A stretch of 64,000 bases of DNA from Tubiluchus corallicola (GCA_030141605.1 JAQGDQ010000235.1:1-64000), one strand, 5' to 3'; counted from the first letter of the stretch, positions 37,601-52,130 are shown. Numbers and translations: made by a program. The notes: generated by a model from the letters alone, not told the origin.

Positions 37601-40600
37601 GTATATCTAAGTGACTTGCATGTACAATTTTCAGTATATCTAAGTGACTTGCATGTACAATTTTCAGTATATCTAAGTGACTTGCATGTACAATTTTCAG
37701 TATATCTAAGTGACTTGCATGTACAATTTTCAGTATATCTAAGTGACTTGCATGTACAATTTTCAGTATATCTAAGTGACTTGCATGTACAATTTTCAGT
37801 ATATCTAAGTGACTTGCATGTACAATTTTCAGTATATCTAAGTGACTTGCATGTACAATTTTCAGTATATCTAAGTGACTTGCATGTACAATTTTCAGTA
37901 TATCTAAGTGACTTGCATGTACAATTTTCAGTATATCTAAGTGACTTGCGTGTACAATTTTCAGTATATCTAAGTGACTTGCATATACAATTTTCAGTAT
38001 ATCTAAGTGACTTGCATGTACAATTTTCAGTATATCTAAGTGACTTGCATGTACAATTTTCAGTATATCTAAGTGACTTGCATGTACAATTTTCAGTATA
38101 TCTAAGTGACTTGCGTATACAATTTTCAGTATATCTAAGTGACTTGCATGTACAATTTTCAGTATATCTAAGTGACTTGCATGTACAATTTTCAGTATAT
38201 CTAAGTGACTTGCGTATACAATTTTTAGTATATCTAAGTGACTTGCGTATACAATTTTCAGTATATCTAACACGTGTAATAGGTCTACATACAGGTTAAG
38301 CATCTAAGATTTTTTAACTTTTCCTTTATTTGTTAAAAAATTGACTGGCCTGCCGGGAGTTTATGTGTGCTTGTGCGTGAAACCACTAAGTGAAGCCATG
38401 TTATTTTCAGGCTCAAGTGAAGGGTTACATGGGACCAGAGCAGCTGAAGGATTGCTTGACCGGAATGCAAGTCGTCATTATTCCTGCAGGTGTCCCGAGG
38501 AAACCAGGTAACACAAAGTAAAAACAAATCACGTACTTTGCATTATCTTTTCTTTACACAGTTTGGGCCGGCTGCTGAAAATTTGTTTCCGTCTTATCTT
38601 ATAAACTCAAAAGATGTGAGTAGGGAGGGAGTAGAATTTTTTTTTAAAGTTTTGTGAATGTTTAAAGCTGAATCGTGGAATATTTTAATCAGTTGAAGTC
38701 AAAGTTTGTTTATTTCCACTAGGTAGCAGTAATGTTTTAAATTTTTTTCAATGCACATTTTTTCACAATACAAATTTTTGAAACCCATTGATTATGTTTT
38801 GCGTAAACTATGCATTTTAAACTACGGTACATTGTATTGGGGTAGAAAACTGACAAAACGTGTTAAAATTCTTTTATATTTTTGAAATCAAGATTTTCGG
38901 CTAATCAAAAAGATTTGCAAAAAAGTCAGGAACATCTTGGAATTGAACCATGCATTCTTGCCTCGCAATTTGAGCGTTTAACTTGTGATACTTTTGTAGG
39001 TATGACAAGAGACGATCTGTTCAACACTAATGCATCAATAGTGAGAGATCTGGTTGATGCTTGTGCAAAACACTGTAAAGATGCAATGATTGGAATCATC
39101 GCAAATCCGGTAGATATTTTTAATTCAGTTGTGTTTATTGTTGGCTTGACATCATGGGCGTCTCAAGAATTTACAAAGCCCTCAGTTGATAGTTCCATCC
39201 CGCCCCCTCTGTTATGAATTGATGGTTGCTTATGTAATGACCAGATTAAACAATTACTTGTGGTGTATTAGAAACACTGTCAACCTTGTTTCTGCACTGT
39301 CATCATTAATTAAATTTATTTACATAGGGTTTATATTCAATCAGGCTGTGCAACTCGTTATTGTGTATTACTTTGTATCTATTCGTTATTTGGCACTTAT
39401 ATAAAAGCTCAGTCCATTAACTGCCTGTGGTGTGTTATAAAATGCGCCCTTTGCACGAATATGAAAGTATACACATTTTCCGTGCAGAATAAGAATTTTT
39501 TCTAAAATGTGACTCCCTCTCAAACTATGGCACCCTAGGCTTAGCCTAGTTAGCCTATTGGTTACTATGTCCCTGCTTGATACGAGTGTTCTAGTGATGG
39601 GCGATTTTGAAATTTTCTAATTAGATACCATCTTGTTCTTGTAATTCGATATTATTATTGATCTTTTTCGGTAATTCTTTAGTGTTTTAGCTGTATTTTT
39701 CAGTGGTTGCAGTCATACGTAATCTATAAACTTCTTCATGGCTTTCATCGCTCCCTGCCATTTTCACACTCACAAACAATTTTTCTAGACACATACATTC
39801 AATGACAACACTATTACTATGTGAATTACACGCGTCACGTGAAAGCAAATAAGAAGCCCCAGTTTACAACACTGTGGTTTGTAATTGTGTGCATTGTGTA
39901 AGGTGAGAAAAACAGAGAAAAAATGCAAGAATTCAGTTTATTCGTGCTAAAACACTGCCTTTTAGTCAGTGTGTAACACGTATATTTTGCTCTTGATCAA
40001 GTGAAATACTGTTCAATAGCTGATTGTATTGATTTATACATGGTTGTAATCTCAATTTATTCGGTTAATCTATTAATTGTCCATCACGAGTTCTGTCAAC
40101 TGCAGCGCACTTTTAGTTCATTTCAAATCAATTTTCAACTCAAATTAATGTCCAAATGCCAGTACTTCTTTAGTTATACAGTAGTTTAGGATGAAAGTTT
40201 GACACACGCGTGATTGTAGCCAAACATTTTAATGCACTATGCGCCTTTGTGACTGGCATAAACTAAGATCTTCCATAATTTTTTTGGCTTAGAAGTGTGG
40301 TAATGAAAAGTTTGTTTAGCTGCAGTTGATAGTGTGCCCATGTTTTGCAGTTAATGTCTTTCTTTGTTGTACGCTTCCTTGATAACATTTATATAAAAAG
40401 AAATAGTTAGAAGAAAGTTTGCACTACATCATAACTGAGCAACTTTGAACTGAAAGGTACCCAGCACCTGTGTTTTGTGCTTTGCATTTTCTGAGTCGCA
40501 AGCACTTGTGTAGTAACAATTGTCTCACGCGTCAATATTGTATAATGTAGAATGTTTTGACTTTTAGTGTAAGAAGAGCTAGAACAGTTTTGCATATCAA

Positions 40601-43600
40601 AGTAAGTCAAGTAATACTAAATGCAATAATGTGTTTCTTTACGCTCACATTCTGTTTAAAGCACATTGTTCATTTTAGTCGATGTTTCCTCTCTTTCAGG
40701 TAAACTCAACCGTTCCCATTGCAGCCGAAGTTCTGAAAAAACACGGATGCTTTAATCCGAACAGGCTGTTTGGTGTGAGCACGCTGGACATTGTCCGAGC
40801 CAACACGTTTGTTGCGGAGGCCAAGGTGGGTAGAATTTCTACAAATTACAACGGTTTCGTGGCTTTGATTCATTTTCATGTCGCCATCTTTTGTCACATT
40901 TTCTAACGTGAGAAAGTGACTAAGGCCGGCAACAAACACATTTGTTTCTATCTTACCTCATGAGCTGAAAAGATGTCATTAGGGAAGGACGAAAAAAAAT
41001 TTCAAATTTTTTTTAAGGTTTTGTGAATGTTTAAAGCTGATTGCTGGAATATTTAAAATCAGTTGAAATCAAAGTTTGTTTATTTCCCACTGGTTAGCAG
41101 TAATGCTTTCAATTTTTCAATGCGCAATTTTTCATGCTTTGTTTTTTAGTTTCGCATTACTAAATTATCGTATAGTTATCGAATATTATATAGTCTCCTT
41201 ATTGTATCATGAACGTGGATGTTCTGATAATTATGGTATAAGCGGTAACACTACTCCGCCGTTAATACACTGATTTGGTGGAAAATTCCACACTTTTTAG
41301 CCTCTAATACAATGAACATCATACAAAATGGCAATCCTGGCCAAGAGTTAACCGTGGAAAAACATGACCGCGTCGTGCATTCACTGAAAGAACGATGTTA
41401 TAATAATTATTGTGGTTTACATTTTAAATAAAAAATGCGCTTTTATCTGACTGCGTCATGCAAGTATATGAACATACAAAAAAATGATAAAATTATCTGC
41501 AGTGCATCAAGTATATAAAAATACAATACAAAAAATTTTACAAAATTCCCTGCAAGTTGGGTGATAAAAAAATGTGACCGGTCAATTAGACAGAAACTGA
41601 AGTTTTTTATTGTCGTCCTCACATTTTGTTTATAGGAGCTGCCGTTGTATATAGAAGATGTCATCAACAGAGATACTGTATGATGTACTGATTCTCAGCA
41701 TGCTATTAGGTGGCACAGAAAAAATGTGCCGAAGTTTACAATACAATAATGCTATTAGGTGGTGCAGAAAAAATGTGCCGAAGTTTACAACGCAATAATG
41801 CTATTAGGTGGCACAGAAAAAATGTGCCAAAGTTTACAATGCAATAATGCTATTAGGTGGCACAGAAAAAATGTGCCAAAGTTTACAATGCAATAATGCT
41901 ATTAGGTGGCACAGAAAAAATGTGCCAAAGTTTACAATGCAATAATGCTATTAGGTGGCACAGAAAAAATGTGCCAAAGTTTACAATGCAATAATGCTAT
42001 TAGGTGGCACAGAAAAAATGTGCCAAAGTTTACAATGCAATAATGCTATTAGGTGGCACAGAAAAAATGTGCCGAAGTTTACAATACAATAATGCTATTA
42101 GGTGGCACAGAAAAAATGTGCCGAAGTTTACAATACAATAATATTATAAGCAACTGCCCTACGAAGTTCAAATTTTGCAGCTTCGTATAGCATCTCATCA
42201 GCTTTTAGCTGTGAGAGTTACAAGTTTATAATGCCAGTGGTTTTTATGTTACGGTCAGAAAATGTTTGCACGTTAAAAATGTAAATCCAGGAGCAAAGTC
42301 AGCCATCTTTGAATAGTTGACAAACGGCTGCTTTGACGTATTCATCATTGCACTCAAAACATGGCAGCAAAACAGCACAGAAATCAACCAGTTTATATCA
42401 TGGTCTAATCGCTAACATTGTCACCTGCTTATGTGTTTAGGGTTTGGACGTGACTAAAGTCAACGTACCGGTCGTCGGCGGCCACGCTGGAGCCACCATC
42501 GTACCGTTAATCTCGCAGGCCACGCCCAGCGTGGAATTTGGGGCCGAGCAGCTGGACAAGCTGACCAAGAGAATTCAAGATGCGGGTACCGAGGTGGTCA
42601 ATGCGAAAGCCGGAGCCGTGAGTTTCGTTACTTTATTATCACAGAAAGTTTGACAATACAGTCTGTAAAAATCCAAACGGGCCGAAAAAATTTGATGAGT
42701 TAGGTGATGCTGACCATTTTCCGGCATTGAAACTCTGAACCCCTCCTCATTTCTCGTCATTTATCTATGAAAGGGTTGAACTTTCTGCCTTCTATTTAGC
42801 TCGCCGACTAAAGTTCTACCCTTTTGTACATAAATGACGAGATTAGATAACAGAAAATAACTAATTATGTAGTGAAACATGGTTTTTTATGTTACAAAAG
42901 GACATGCACACAACACCGAAACATCAATCCTGGAGAAAATAATTGGGTGGGGGGGGGACTTGTAAGACATCAAAATTTTCCCTGAAGACAATACTGTTTT
43001 TGAGTTGTACAGAACTATTGTTTTTCTAAAGTATAAATTACATTTTTGAGTTATGAGAAGTGATTTACATGTATTTTGATTGAATGCAGGATAATTTTTT
43101 ATTTGAGTTAGGCAGAATTTTGAGTTATATATGTTTTGAGTTAAGCGAAGGGTTTATTGTGGGAAAAATGAAGGATTTCGTCCGTTTTGCTGAAATTCCT
43201 TGCGCTTGCTAAAATTTAGTCATGTGGAGTTTACTGTAGTTGTTGGGTGCTCATACTATTGCTCACTGACTCCGGCAGCTCCTGCAGGCAACCTGGTGCC
43301 AAACGTATCGCTCCGCTTTCCTTTAGACTACACCAGGGAGGAAGAGAAGGGGTTCCTGTTGTCTGGGCAACTCAGGATCTCCATACACCTTGCCCAGGAG
43401 TGCGCCCTGGAGAGGCCATTCTAGTGGTTCAAGGATCGGACTGCTCAGCCACAGTCGACGCTGCAGCTCCATCAATGTGATCAATAACTGACTCTTGGCG
43501 CACAATCCATTGTCTAACGAGACAGAAGGATGCCAACCAATACTATTCTTGCTTTCGGTTAAAAATTTAGAAGTTTATTCCAGGGCTTCAAGGGTTAAGA

Positions 43601-46209
43601 TGTTTTGTGGCCAGCAGGGATTGTGATTGGCATTAATTGAATGTTAAAGTCACAGCGCCATCACGGGAGCACGCATGTATAAAATGTAACTTTAATAATC
43701 CAGAACCTTTTGTTTCTGCTTCCTCCCTCTTCTCTTTGTTGCCCTTTTCCATTCTGTCTTTTCTCTGCTTCTACCTTCTCCGTTCGTCATTCTCTGTTTT
43801 GTCCCTCTTTGCCATCGGGTCAAATTGCAAGCAAACTGTTGTACGAAAAATGTACGTTTAGTACGGACGTGATCTATACGTGACAAAGTAAATATTGATT
43901 AGAATTACATCAGCTAATGAGTACTACGTGTAGTTTGCCAGTTTAGGTGCAGAGCTGATAGTACTGTAGCAGCTACAGTAAAGGATGTTAACCCTTATAG
44001 GGTCACCGATTTTGGTAACCGGGGGGTAAAAAATTACCACCACCGTAATTCGTAAATTACTTTTGATAAGCCGCCGTGTTTCATTAGTAAACAGCAACAG
44101 CATAATTTGTGGTTATGCTGACCACCATAGGATACATCATACCTTTGCTTAAAGACATGTGACTTACTAGTAATACAAAATTTAAATTCACTTAGTTACG
44201 TTCCCTTATGTATGCTGGAATAACTGTAGACAACTGACATTGTTAGCGCGTGTGCAAAAATCATTGTTATTTTGAATTTATTGTCTACTACTTTCTTCTT
44301 TTACAGATGTCTGACATTTTGTTTTATCAGATACATCGCCCGTATAATGTATAGACAAGCGAAGTAAAGTTTCGATGATTTTAAAAAAATCGACATATAG
44401 CATTTTCACTTTTATTTTGTGGTGACACAATGCGCCTAAAATAAACAACTGAAAGTATTTTGTGCACAAAAAATATTTAGAAAAAGTCATAGAAAAGGTT
44501 TACTGGGATGGTAAAAGGGTAAAATGCAAAAAACCGGAGTGGGGTAATTTTAGCCCCCATGACCCTATAAGGGTTAAACAATACAAGGCAATGAGATATT
44601 GTTTTCTAACGATGTGATATCAATAATCTGTTTTTCGGACGAAGCAGTACTATAAATTATTGTGCAGCGTTCGTGGATTAATATTTAGTATCGACTAGGT
44701 TTCTTAATTTTCCAACAACTTTTACGTGGCTGTTTCCGAAACCCAGTCTCTAGTTTCCATAATTCTGGTTATCTAGATACACAATAATGCAAATTCTCTT
44801 TTAATCTGGGAAACAATTGTTAGTTGCAACCCATCTCTTCTAGACATGTTAGAAGACACCCACAAATGCTTAGATGTAATTAAGGTACCGTATTTTCCCG
44901 TGTATAAGAGACCCTTGTGTATAAGAGACCCCTTCAATTTTTAGGCAAAAATTCTGGAAAAAAGTTTTTTCAGACGGACATTTTTAGAGGGTAGAGTACA
45001 ACTTTTTTCAACTCAGTGCGGTACTGAAAACAAAATAAAACCAGTTAATAAAACTTAGTAGAAAAAGAGTACTGGTATATATTAAAGTGCGTACCTGCAA
45101 ACCTGTAACAGGAAAAGAGAAAACGAGGAGATAATGCCTGTGTCACGATGCTTGTATTGCTTACAACCGCTTCATAGTCGAACGCGACACGCAAAACAGT
45201 TGTAGAGCACTTATTTCTTTAAAATCATTAGTGTCACAATTTATGCATCTTATTGAAAAGACTTACTCCCATGTATAAGAGACCCCCTATTTTTAAAGTG
45301 AAAATTCTGAGCAAAAAAGGGTCTCTTATACACGGGAAAATACAGTAATTAAACATCCAAAGTGTAGTTCTTGAACAAGTTTGAATTGCTTGATTTAGAA
45401 TGCGAACATTTCGAGCACCCCGTAGTTATTTTTTCATCGATAACTAACTAAACTGTGCACGTTTTTACTGACTGAAAACTGAAAAGCAAAAAACTGTCTA
45501 CTGAAATGATAGGAATTATTGAATAAAGAGCAGAAATACCTTACCTTTATTGGTAACTAAACACAATTAGTAATTTTCAAAAACATTGTTTGAATTTTGT
45601 TTTGAAGATAGAAATTGAGTTTGAAAGTCTAATATTGTCACTTATTGTGTTCCATATTGTGGTCCAGTATTGGCTGTGAAATACTTTGCCGTGTCTGTTC
45701 TGCAAGAATTATTTATGAATTCATTTGATCTGGCAGCGTAGTGTTTTATGTTTAGAGATACCGGGTCTTTAAAGAAAGTAGGGAATACAAAGTAGTGAAG
45801 TATTATTGGAGTGTTCTTTAGCCACAACAGTATCAACACTGTGAGTTACGAAAAATATCCAGTTATAACACGGTACAATATTAAAGTGAGCAGAGAATAA
45901 AATGTGAAAAAAAAATGAAAATTACTTATAGGGCACTCTATTATCATAACAGTAAAACCTGAGGGTTTTGAAATAACGTACACGTAAATCCTCGCTTAAC
46001 GACGCTAATGCGTTCCACCGAAATGGATGTTAAGTGAAACGTCGTTAAACAAAACCAAGATTTCCATAGAAAGTAATGCAAAAGAATTTGGATATGTTCC
46101 AGATGCAAAAATCAATGCTGCTTAAACCATATAAAATAAAGGTTTTATGAGTTTTACTCATATTTCTACTGATTAATATCTTTCTGCATACTTATCATGT
46201 AGTAATTAC

Positions 46210-46247
<38 letters not shown>

Positions 46248-49200
46248 AGTATATATCACTATATAATATACTTACTTATGTAAGCTGCCTGCATGTAACT
46301 GGGAAAATGTGACTAAATATACAGCACTTGGCATTATATGCAAGAACATTTTAAACAGTGATGTAAACTTTACTTCTGTAATTAGACATCATTGGCGTAG
46401 TTTGTTATATCATTAATTGTCATTTGTGTTATTGTTGTGTGTCATGACTTATTGTGATTTATTAATTTGTGATGTGTATATGAACTTTGTAAAGTTTGAA
46501 ATAAAATATTAAATCAAATAAAAAAAAAAAATCATTTGTGGGTCACTAAACTGACTGTAGAAATAGCCAAGTGAAAAGATTTTATGAAAATGTAAGCTGT
46601 CATATGCACCAAATTTGATTACGTAATGATAAAAACAAATTTTTTATGTCGATACGATATCCTAAGTTACATCCGCACCGTGCTTGGTTACAGTGTTGAC
46701 TATTAACTGCAATGCTTTTTCTCGACGACGGTTATTTGTAGCTGAAGACAGAAAGATGTTTTCATTCTCTGTATTTTGTTTACAGGGTTCAGCCACTTTG
46801 TCAATGGCTTACGCAGGAGCCAGATTTACCACATCCCTACTACAGGCCATGCAAGGCAAAGAGGGGGTGATCGAATGTGCGTTCGTGAAATCCGGCGAGA
46901 CGGAGGCGACTTACTTCTCCACCCCTCTTCTGCTGAGTGTATGTATTGTGCTGCAATGTTTGCACATTTGACACACTTACTACTAAAGTCAGTCTTAAGC
47001 AATGCTTCTCTGTCCAACTGCAATTTTTGTGGGCATACACAAATGGCGCATTTTGTTTCAAAGGCCTTAGCTATTATATTGTTGAACAGTACAGGGTGGC
47101 ACATAATTTTTGCTGTGGGAGTCACAGTAACTAGTATGAAAGTCTCACACAGTCTGTAGTCTTCAGGTGTGTCATCACAGTTCCGAGCTGAAAACTAATT
47201 TAAAATAATTTTTTCGATTGAGCAAACTGGCCTGGAAATTCACCAGGCCTCAACACCGCAAAACACGCTGGAGCTGTCCTAAACACAGACAGGATGGTAA
47301 AATAAACGTGCCATTGTTCATTGTTTAACCATTCTGCTCCATTCAATATCATGTCTTCAAGAATTTAGGCTGTGTGAGACATGTGAGGCTTTCTTGCTAA
47401 GTTTTGCAGGTTTGCTAGATTTGCTGTTGCTTGGGTGCTATAGTAAATTGTTATGTACTATTGTTATGTGTTATTGTTATGTGTTATTTTTGTACCACCC
47501 TGTACTGTATTTCACTACATTGCCTTTTTGATGATTCGTTGCTCTATCAGTTCCCCTAACAACACTTTTTGTATCACCCTGTACTTGCAGAAAAGTTTTT
47601 CCAATCTGCATTACTCTTTTATAATGAAATCAAAATATTTAGCAACGCTGTTAATGATGACAACGAACAACGAACATCAAGCACATGTCTGAGTGTCTGA
47701 ACACTGTGCAGTCAGTCTGAAAAGTCGGAAGCACGTTGCACCTTCTTTTACTTTTCTTAAATTTAAGTTACTGAACTGATGTGGCAGGCAGCTTTGTTTT
47801 ACTTCTCTTAAATATCTCTTTAAGACAGTCTGATTTCAATGCTTTGTGGAATTCATCACCTAAGCCCCCTGGATCCCGACCTTTTGACTTCACATACCCC
47901 TAATTTTTTTACACTACCTCCTGGTATCCTTTTGCCCGCAATAAGCAAAATGAAGAACCAGTGTTATATATACAGTGTTCCCTCGCTACTTCGCGTTTTG
48001 TTTATCGCCGACTTGCTGTTTCTTGGGTTTTGAAAAATTTTAATGTAAAATATTTATCGCGGTATTTTCGCTGTTTTGCGGGTTTTTGCGGTACTCAGTC
48101 TAAAGTATTTTTGCACATGCGTAGTACGTATTGTACAGTAATGTATAGATTTGATGAATTTTGCATAAAAATCAGAAAATGTAAAAAAGGTACATGTACA
48201 GTATGGAAAAGTTATTAAGGAAAGGGTTATGTGTAAGAGTGTGGGGAGGGTTTATAAAGATTTAAAATAATGTATAACTACTAAAATAAGTATAGCGTTC
48301 CTACTTCGCGGAAGTTCACTTATCGCGGGTGGGCCTGGAACGGAACACCTGCGATAAGTGAGGGAACACTGTATTATAAGATAAATTAATTAAAATTACC
48401 TGAGCTTATAAGCAAAAATGAAAAGGCACTAATGAAAATACAGTAATTGAAATCTACTGCTTGGTTTTGGATCTGAGAATTTCACTACGATATTTTCTGA
48501 CATCACAGCATTATACAGACATGATGTGATCACTTTACATTCTGAAATATGGCGTTCCTTCACTTATTGCGGGTGTTCCGTTCCAGGCCCACCCGTGATA
48601 AGTGAAGTAGGGACGCTATACTTATTTTAGTAGTTATACATTAATTTAAGTCTTTATAAACCCTCCCCACACTCTTATAGATAACCCTTAACCATTTTTT
48701 ATACAAAGCTCATCAAATACACAACACGTACTGCGCATGTGCAAAAATACTTTCACATAGCAGAAACTAACTTTATGAATCATGGTTCAATTTTCAACAA
48801 ACTGACTCCCACGTCTCCGCGGATGTCGGGACGGTTTCCGGCTTTTGTCTTCATTGTCACCATCGTCGAAAAGCCGGCTCAACACGGGATGAAAAGTTCA
48901 CTAAAAGCTTTACAGTGGACAGTGGTCAAGATCTTGACCAAAAACCATAAACTGTTGGCACAGTCGTCAGACATGTCTGAATCACCTGCTGATTATTGTG
49001 TCTAAGAAGCTTCCCGGGTACCCCTTGTGGTGTTTGCTGGTACCCCCCCCCCGGGGGTACTAGTACTCCAGGTTGGGAACCGAGGATCTAAGCCAAAAGT
49101 TTCTCTAAATAAGTTCACCTTTTCACTGTCATGCAGTTTGCATTGTAACTAGATTAGCAGATTATTTTAAACTTGTCAGTCTTGCTGTCAATATTATCAT

Positions 49201-49767
49201 TGCCACAACCCCATAATTTTACCTCCATTAATGACAACGCCATCATTTTCACTGCTGCTGCCGTAGCCGCTGTCGCTGCAACTACTTTCCACTGCCATCA
49301 TCTTGAGTAGCATAATTTTCATCAATGCCATCTTCACCGCATCGTTTCAAAAGTAGTTTTGTTTTGTTTGGTATAATTCAAAGCATCTTTCAAAATGTAG
49401 AGTAGAAAATAAAGTCACAATGCAACGTTCAGCAATAGCAGAAATCTTTTCTGCAAGTTTTGCCCACGTTTTTGGCTATAGGCATTTGCAACAAACTGCA
49501 GCGCACATTCAGCAATAACAGCAATCTTTTCTGCAAGTTTTGCCCACGTTTTTGGCTATAGGCATTTTGTGGCTTATTAATTTTTTGCCAACAGAGGACA
49601 GCACTGTACTTGAAGTTTAACATTTCTTCTTCTTATAGAAAAATGGAATTGAAAAGAATTTGGGATTGGGAAAGCTGAGCGATTTCGAGACGGAGTTGGT
49701 CAAGAAGGCTCTACCCGAGCTGAAGGGAAGCATCAAAAAGGGAGAGGATTTCGTTCACAAGAACTAA
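34614..49767 (+). CDS. MDH2: Malate dehydrogenase, mitochondrial, 8 exons, 341 aa
   Basis: Exons 34614-34691, 35408-35563, 38411-38507, 39000-39109, 40700-40825, 42441-42617, 46786-46938, 49639-49767 (1026 nt, GT-AG). Transit peptide ...RAFSTTAQ; motifs [68 protein letters not shown]. Confidence 0.97.
36336..38270. repeat. 33-bp minisatellite (about 58 copies) in MDH2 intron 2
   Basis: Unit caattttcagtatatctaagtgacttgcatgta. Confidence 0.97.
38580..38770 (+). repeat. Dispersed repeat duplicated at ~40940-41135
   Basis: Shared ttttgtgaatgtttaaagctga...aaagtttgtttatttcc.act.ggt.agcagtaatg. Confidence 0.75.
39592..40090. mobile_element. hAT-like MITE (TAGTGATGGGC termini); related end at ~58760-58886
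   Basis: tagtgatgggcgat ... attgtccatcacga; gattgcccatcact at ~58875. Confidence 0.55.
41700..42141. repeat. 49-bp minisatellite (9 copies) with an internal hairpin
   Basis: Unit tgctattaggtGGCACAgaaaaaaTGTGCCgaagtttacaatacaataa. Confidence 0.95.
43992..44573. mobile_element. piggyBac-type MITE
   Basis: ttaa|cccttatagggtca...tgaccctataaggg|ttaa. Confidence 0.92.
44888..45345. mobile_element. pogo/Tc1-mariner-type MITE
   Basis: ta|ccgtattttcccgtgtataagagaccc...gggtctcttatacacgggaaaatacag|ta. Confidence 0.92.
47092..47502. mobile_element. Tc1/mariner MITE (CAGGGTGG TIR); related copy at 52131-52542
   Basis: ta|cagggtggcacataa...tgtaccaccctg|ta. Confidence 0.8.
47973..48371. mobile_element. 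Tigger-like MITE, followed by a partial inverted copy (~48555-48760)
   Basis: ta|cagtgttccctcgcta...taagtgagggaacactg|ta. Confidence 0.9.
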
Positions 49768-50669
49768 GAAGCCTCCGTTGCCGTGGCACCATCCTCGTTA
49801 TCGTTTCCGTGATTTATCTCTTGTCATACTGTTCTCTGAAACATGCTCACTGTGGTACGTTAAGTTGGTGTCTCAAGTCGTACTTAAGTTGGCGTCTTGA
49901 GTTACGCGACATTTGCACTTCCCTGGCATTGTTTGTAGATTTGCATTGTTCACCGTTAGCTGCTTGTTGCCGTGCTGCTACAGGCAACATCAAAACCGGC
50001 ATTAGTAACAACGGCAACAGTAACGGCATTAACATTTTAGTGTTTTGTAGTATTTAAGGGTATTTTGTGGAATAGATTTGAAGTTTTTGTGTCTTCATTG
50101 CACTTAAGCTACCTATTTAACTTAATGTGACTTATAGTTTCACTGACCAAGGCAAGTGCTCCCATAAATTACCTGTCATGGCCGAATGGTCAGAAAAATT
50201 CTGTGATTTGTGTCAATGGTCCGTCATATATCTCCCGGTTCTGTCAGTTAAAAATTTGTGACGCATAGATTACCGCTGTTGTGCATAGATTCAGTCAAAT
50301 AGCTCGTATTTCACGTAACTATATTCATTAGTAGTACGAAAACAGGGATTATAGACAGAATCGTGGATGTTATAATAAAATGAATCCGTTTTTATTTGCT
50401 AACAGACAGATACTTCGCAGCCCATTGTGAATTCATCACCTTGTCATCTTAGTTACTTCCGTTATGCAACACTGTAATTTGAAGCCATGTTCCCCAAGCT
50501 GTAGCTATGTCATTTAAGTCAAGTGGAGGAGTATTTAATAAGTCTTTCTTCGCAACATGTACATGTGTGATCAGATGTCCTTCTCTTGGTTTCTTCCCAA
50601 GTGTTAGTACTTGATGTAATGCTAAGTGGAGATTCCTGTGGTAATCTAATGACATGTCTAATTCTTCAG

Positions 50670-51170
50670 TGGAAACATTAGCAATATGCAACACTCTTTG
50701 AAGTGCAAAATCATTGAGTAATCCCAGCAAAATATAGAAACTTTTAGTGATCATTGTGTTGATTTTATCAGTGGATGCATTAGCAATATGCAACACTCTT
50801 TGAATTGCAAAATCATTCAATAGTCCTAACAAAATATGGAAACTTTTAATGATCAATATATTGATTATATCAGGGGAAACATTAGCAATATGCAACATTC
50901 TTTGAAATGCAAAATCATTGAGTAATCCTAGCAAAATATAGAAATTTTTAGTAATCATTGTGTTGATTTTATCAGTGGATGCATTAGCAATATGAACACT
51001 CTTTGAAATGCAAAATCTAAACAAAATAGAGAAACTTTTAATGCTCATTATGTTGATTATAATTAAGTAAATAAATAAATACCTTTAACTGATGTAAACA
51101 TCCTGTAAAGGATCTACTGAATTTCTGATTTTGCATTTTAAAGAGTGTTGCATGTTGCTAATGTTTATGC
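50670..51170. repeat. Degenerate ~103-bp repeat, four direct copies plus one inverted copy
   Basis: cattagcaatatgcaacactctttgaa.tgcaaaatca at ~50675, 50778, 50880 and 50982; reverse complement at ~51127-51168. Confidence 0.8.
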
Positions 51171-52130
51171 TGAGGAAGTAACCTGCATTGGGATGCGAAA
51201 TTTCCATTTATTAGCGAATAGAACACATTTCTATTTATGATAACATCCATGCTTCCGTCTTTAATCTTTTTTTATTAGTACTTTCAGTAATGGATACTAA
51301 ACATACTAAAATCTTATACTGAATGGCTCATCGTAAAATTGGTCTTTCTTTGTTAATAATACGGGTTAGGCAGCTTATAAAGTTCATAGCAAGTGTGTTC
51401 GTCTTTATTCTCCTTGGTGTAAAAGCTCACACGAGACTGTAGCTAGCGGTCATGTTTAGACAATCATGTTGCACAGTTGTTTCAATTTTTCCTTTTTCAA
51501 CTTTTCTTGAATTTGCATGTTATTGTGTAGACAATAAAGATGTCATTAGACATTCCTGTGTATTTTGCACTGATCAGGATGTAGTAAATAATCTCTTGGT
51601 TACGGCAGTCTGTTCTGTAACCCGGTGTAAAAGTTTTATGTAAACAGTGTGAAAATAAATGTTATAAATCTTAGTTGTTAAACGGACGTTGTTTGTTGAG
51701 AAGGGTTGTCAATATTCTCGTAATAAACCTCTTCCCAGTTCCAGCGATTGATGTTGATCGTGACAAGGTCAAAGGTTACCTGTACCAGACGACGCATTTG
51801 CGTACACTTGGCAACGCTTTGCAGCCCAAGCTATCGTGATAGTAAGTTTTTATAGCTAGCTAGAACCTTACCTAGTTCATTTTTTGTTGTTCCTAAGCAC
51901 AGACAATGTATAATTAAGTCCACGTAAAACAACTCAAGTTACTGAACTGATGTGGCAGACAGCTTTGTTTTACACATCACGTGGTGATTGTAGTTAAGAT
52001 GCGTTGCTTTGGTACAGCTGCGCGTACCAAATGTACACAGCTGCGCGTGCACACAACAAAACTGCGAAAAGGCTTATTGCAAGGAATTGTTCATCGTCAA
52101 AAATGAACACAGTTGATTCACTGCAGTATA

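Noticed and set aside
36268-38303. Long ORFs (355, 261, 253 and 238 aa) of [11 protein letters not shown] / [11 protein letters not shown] repeats
   Set aside because: Translations of a 33-bp intronic minisatellite that is open on both strands by chance; no gene context
49765-49800. Stop-codon readthrough extension of MDH
   Set aside because: The context is TAA GAA, not the UGA CUA motif known from cytosolic MDH1, and this is the mitochondrial enzyme
50449-51048. 199-aa minus-strand ORF
   Set aside because: Arises from the ~103-bp degenerate repeat; no recognisable domain
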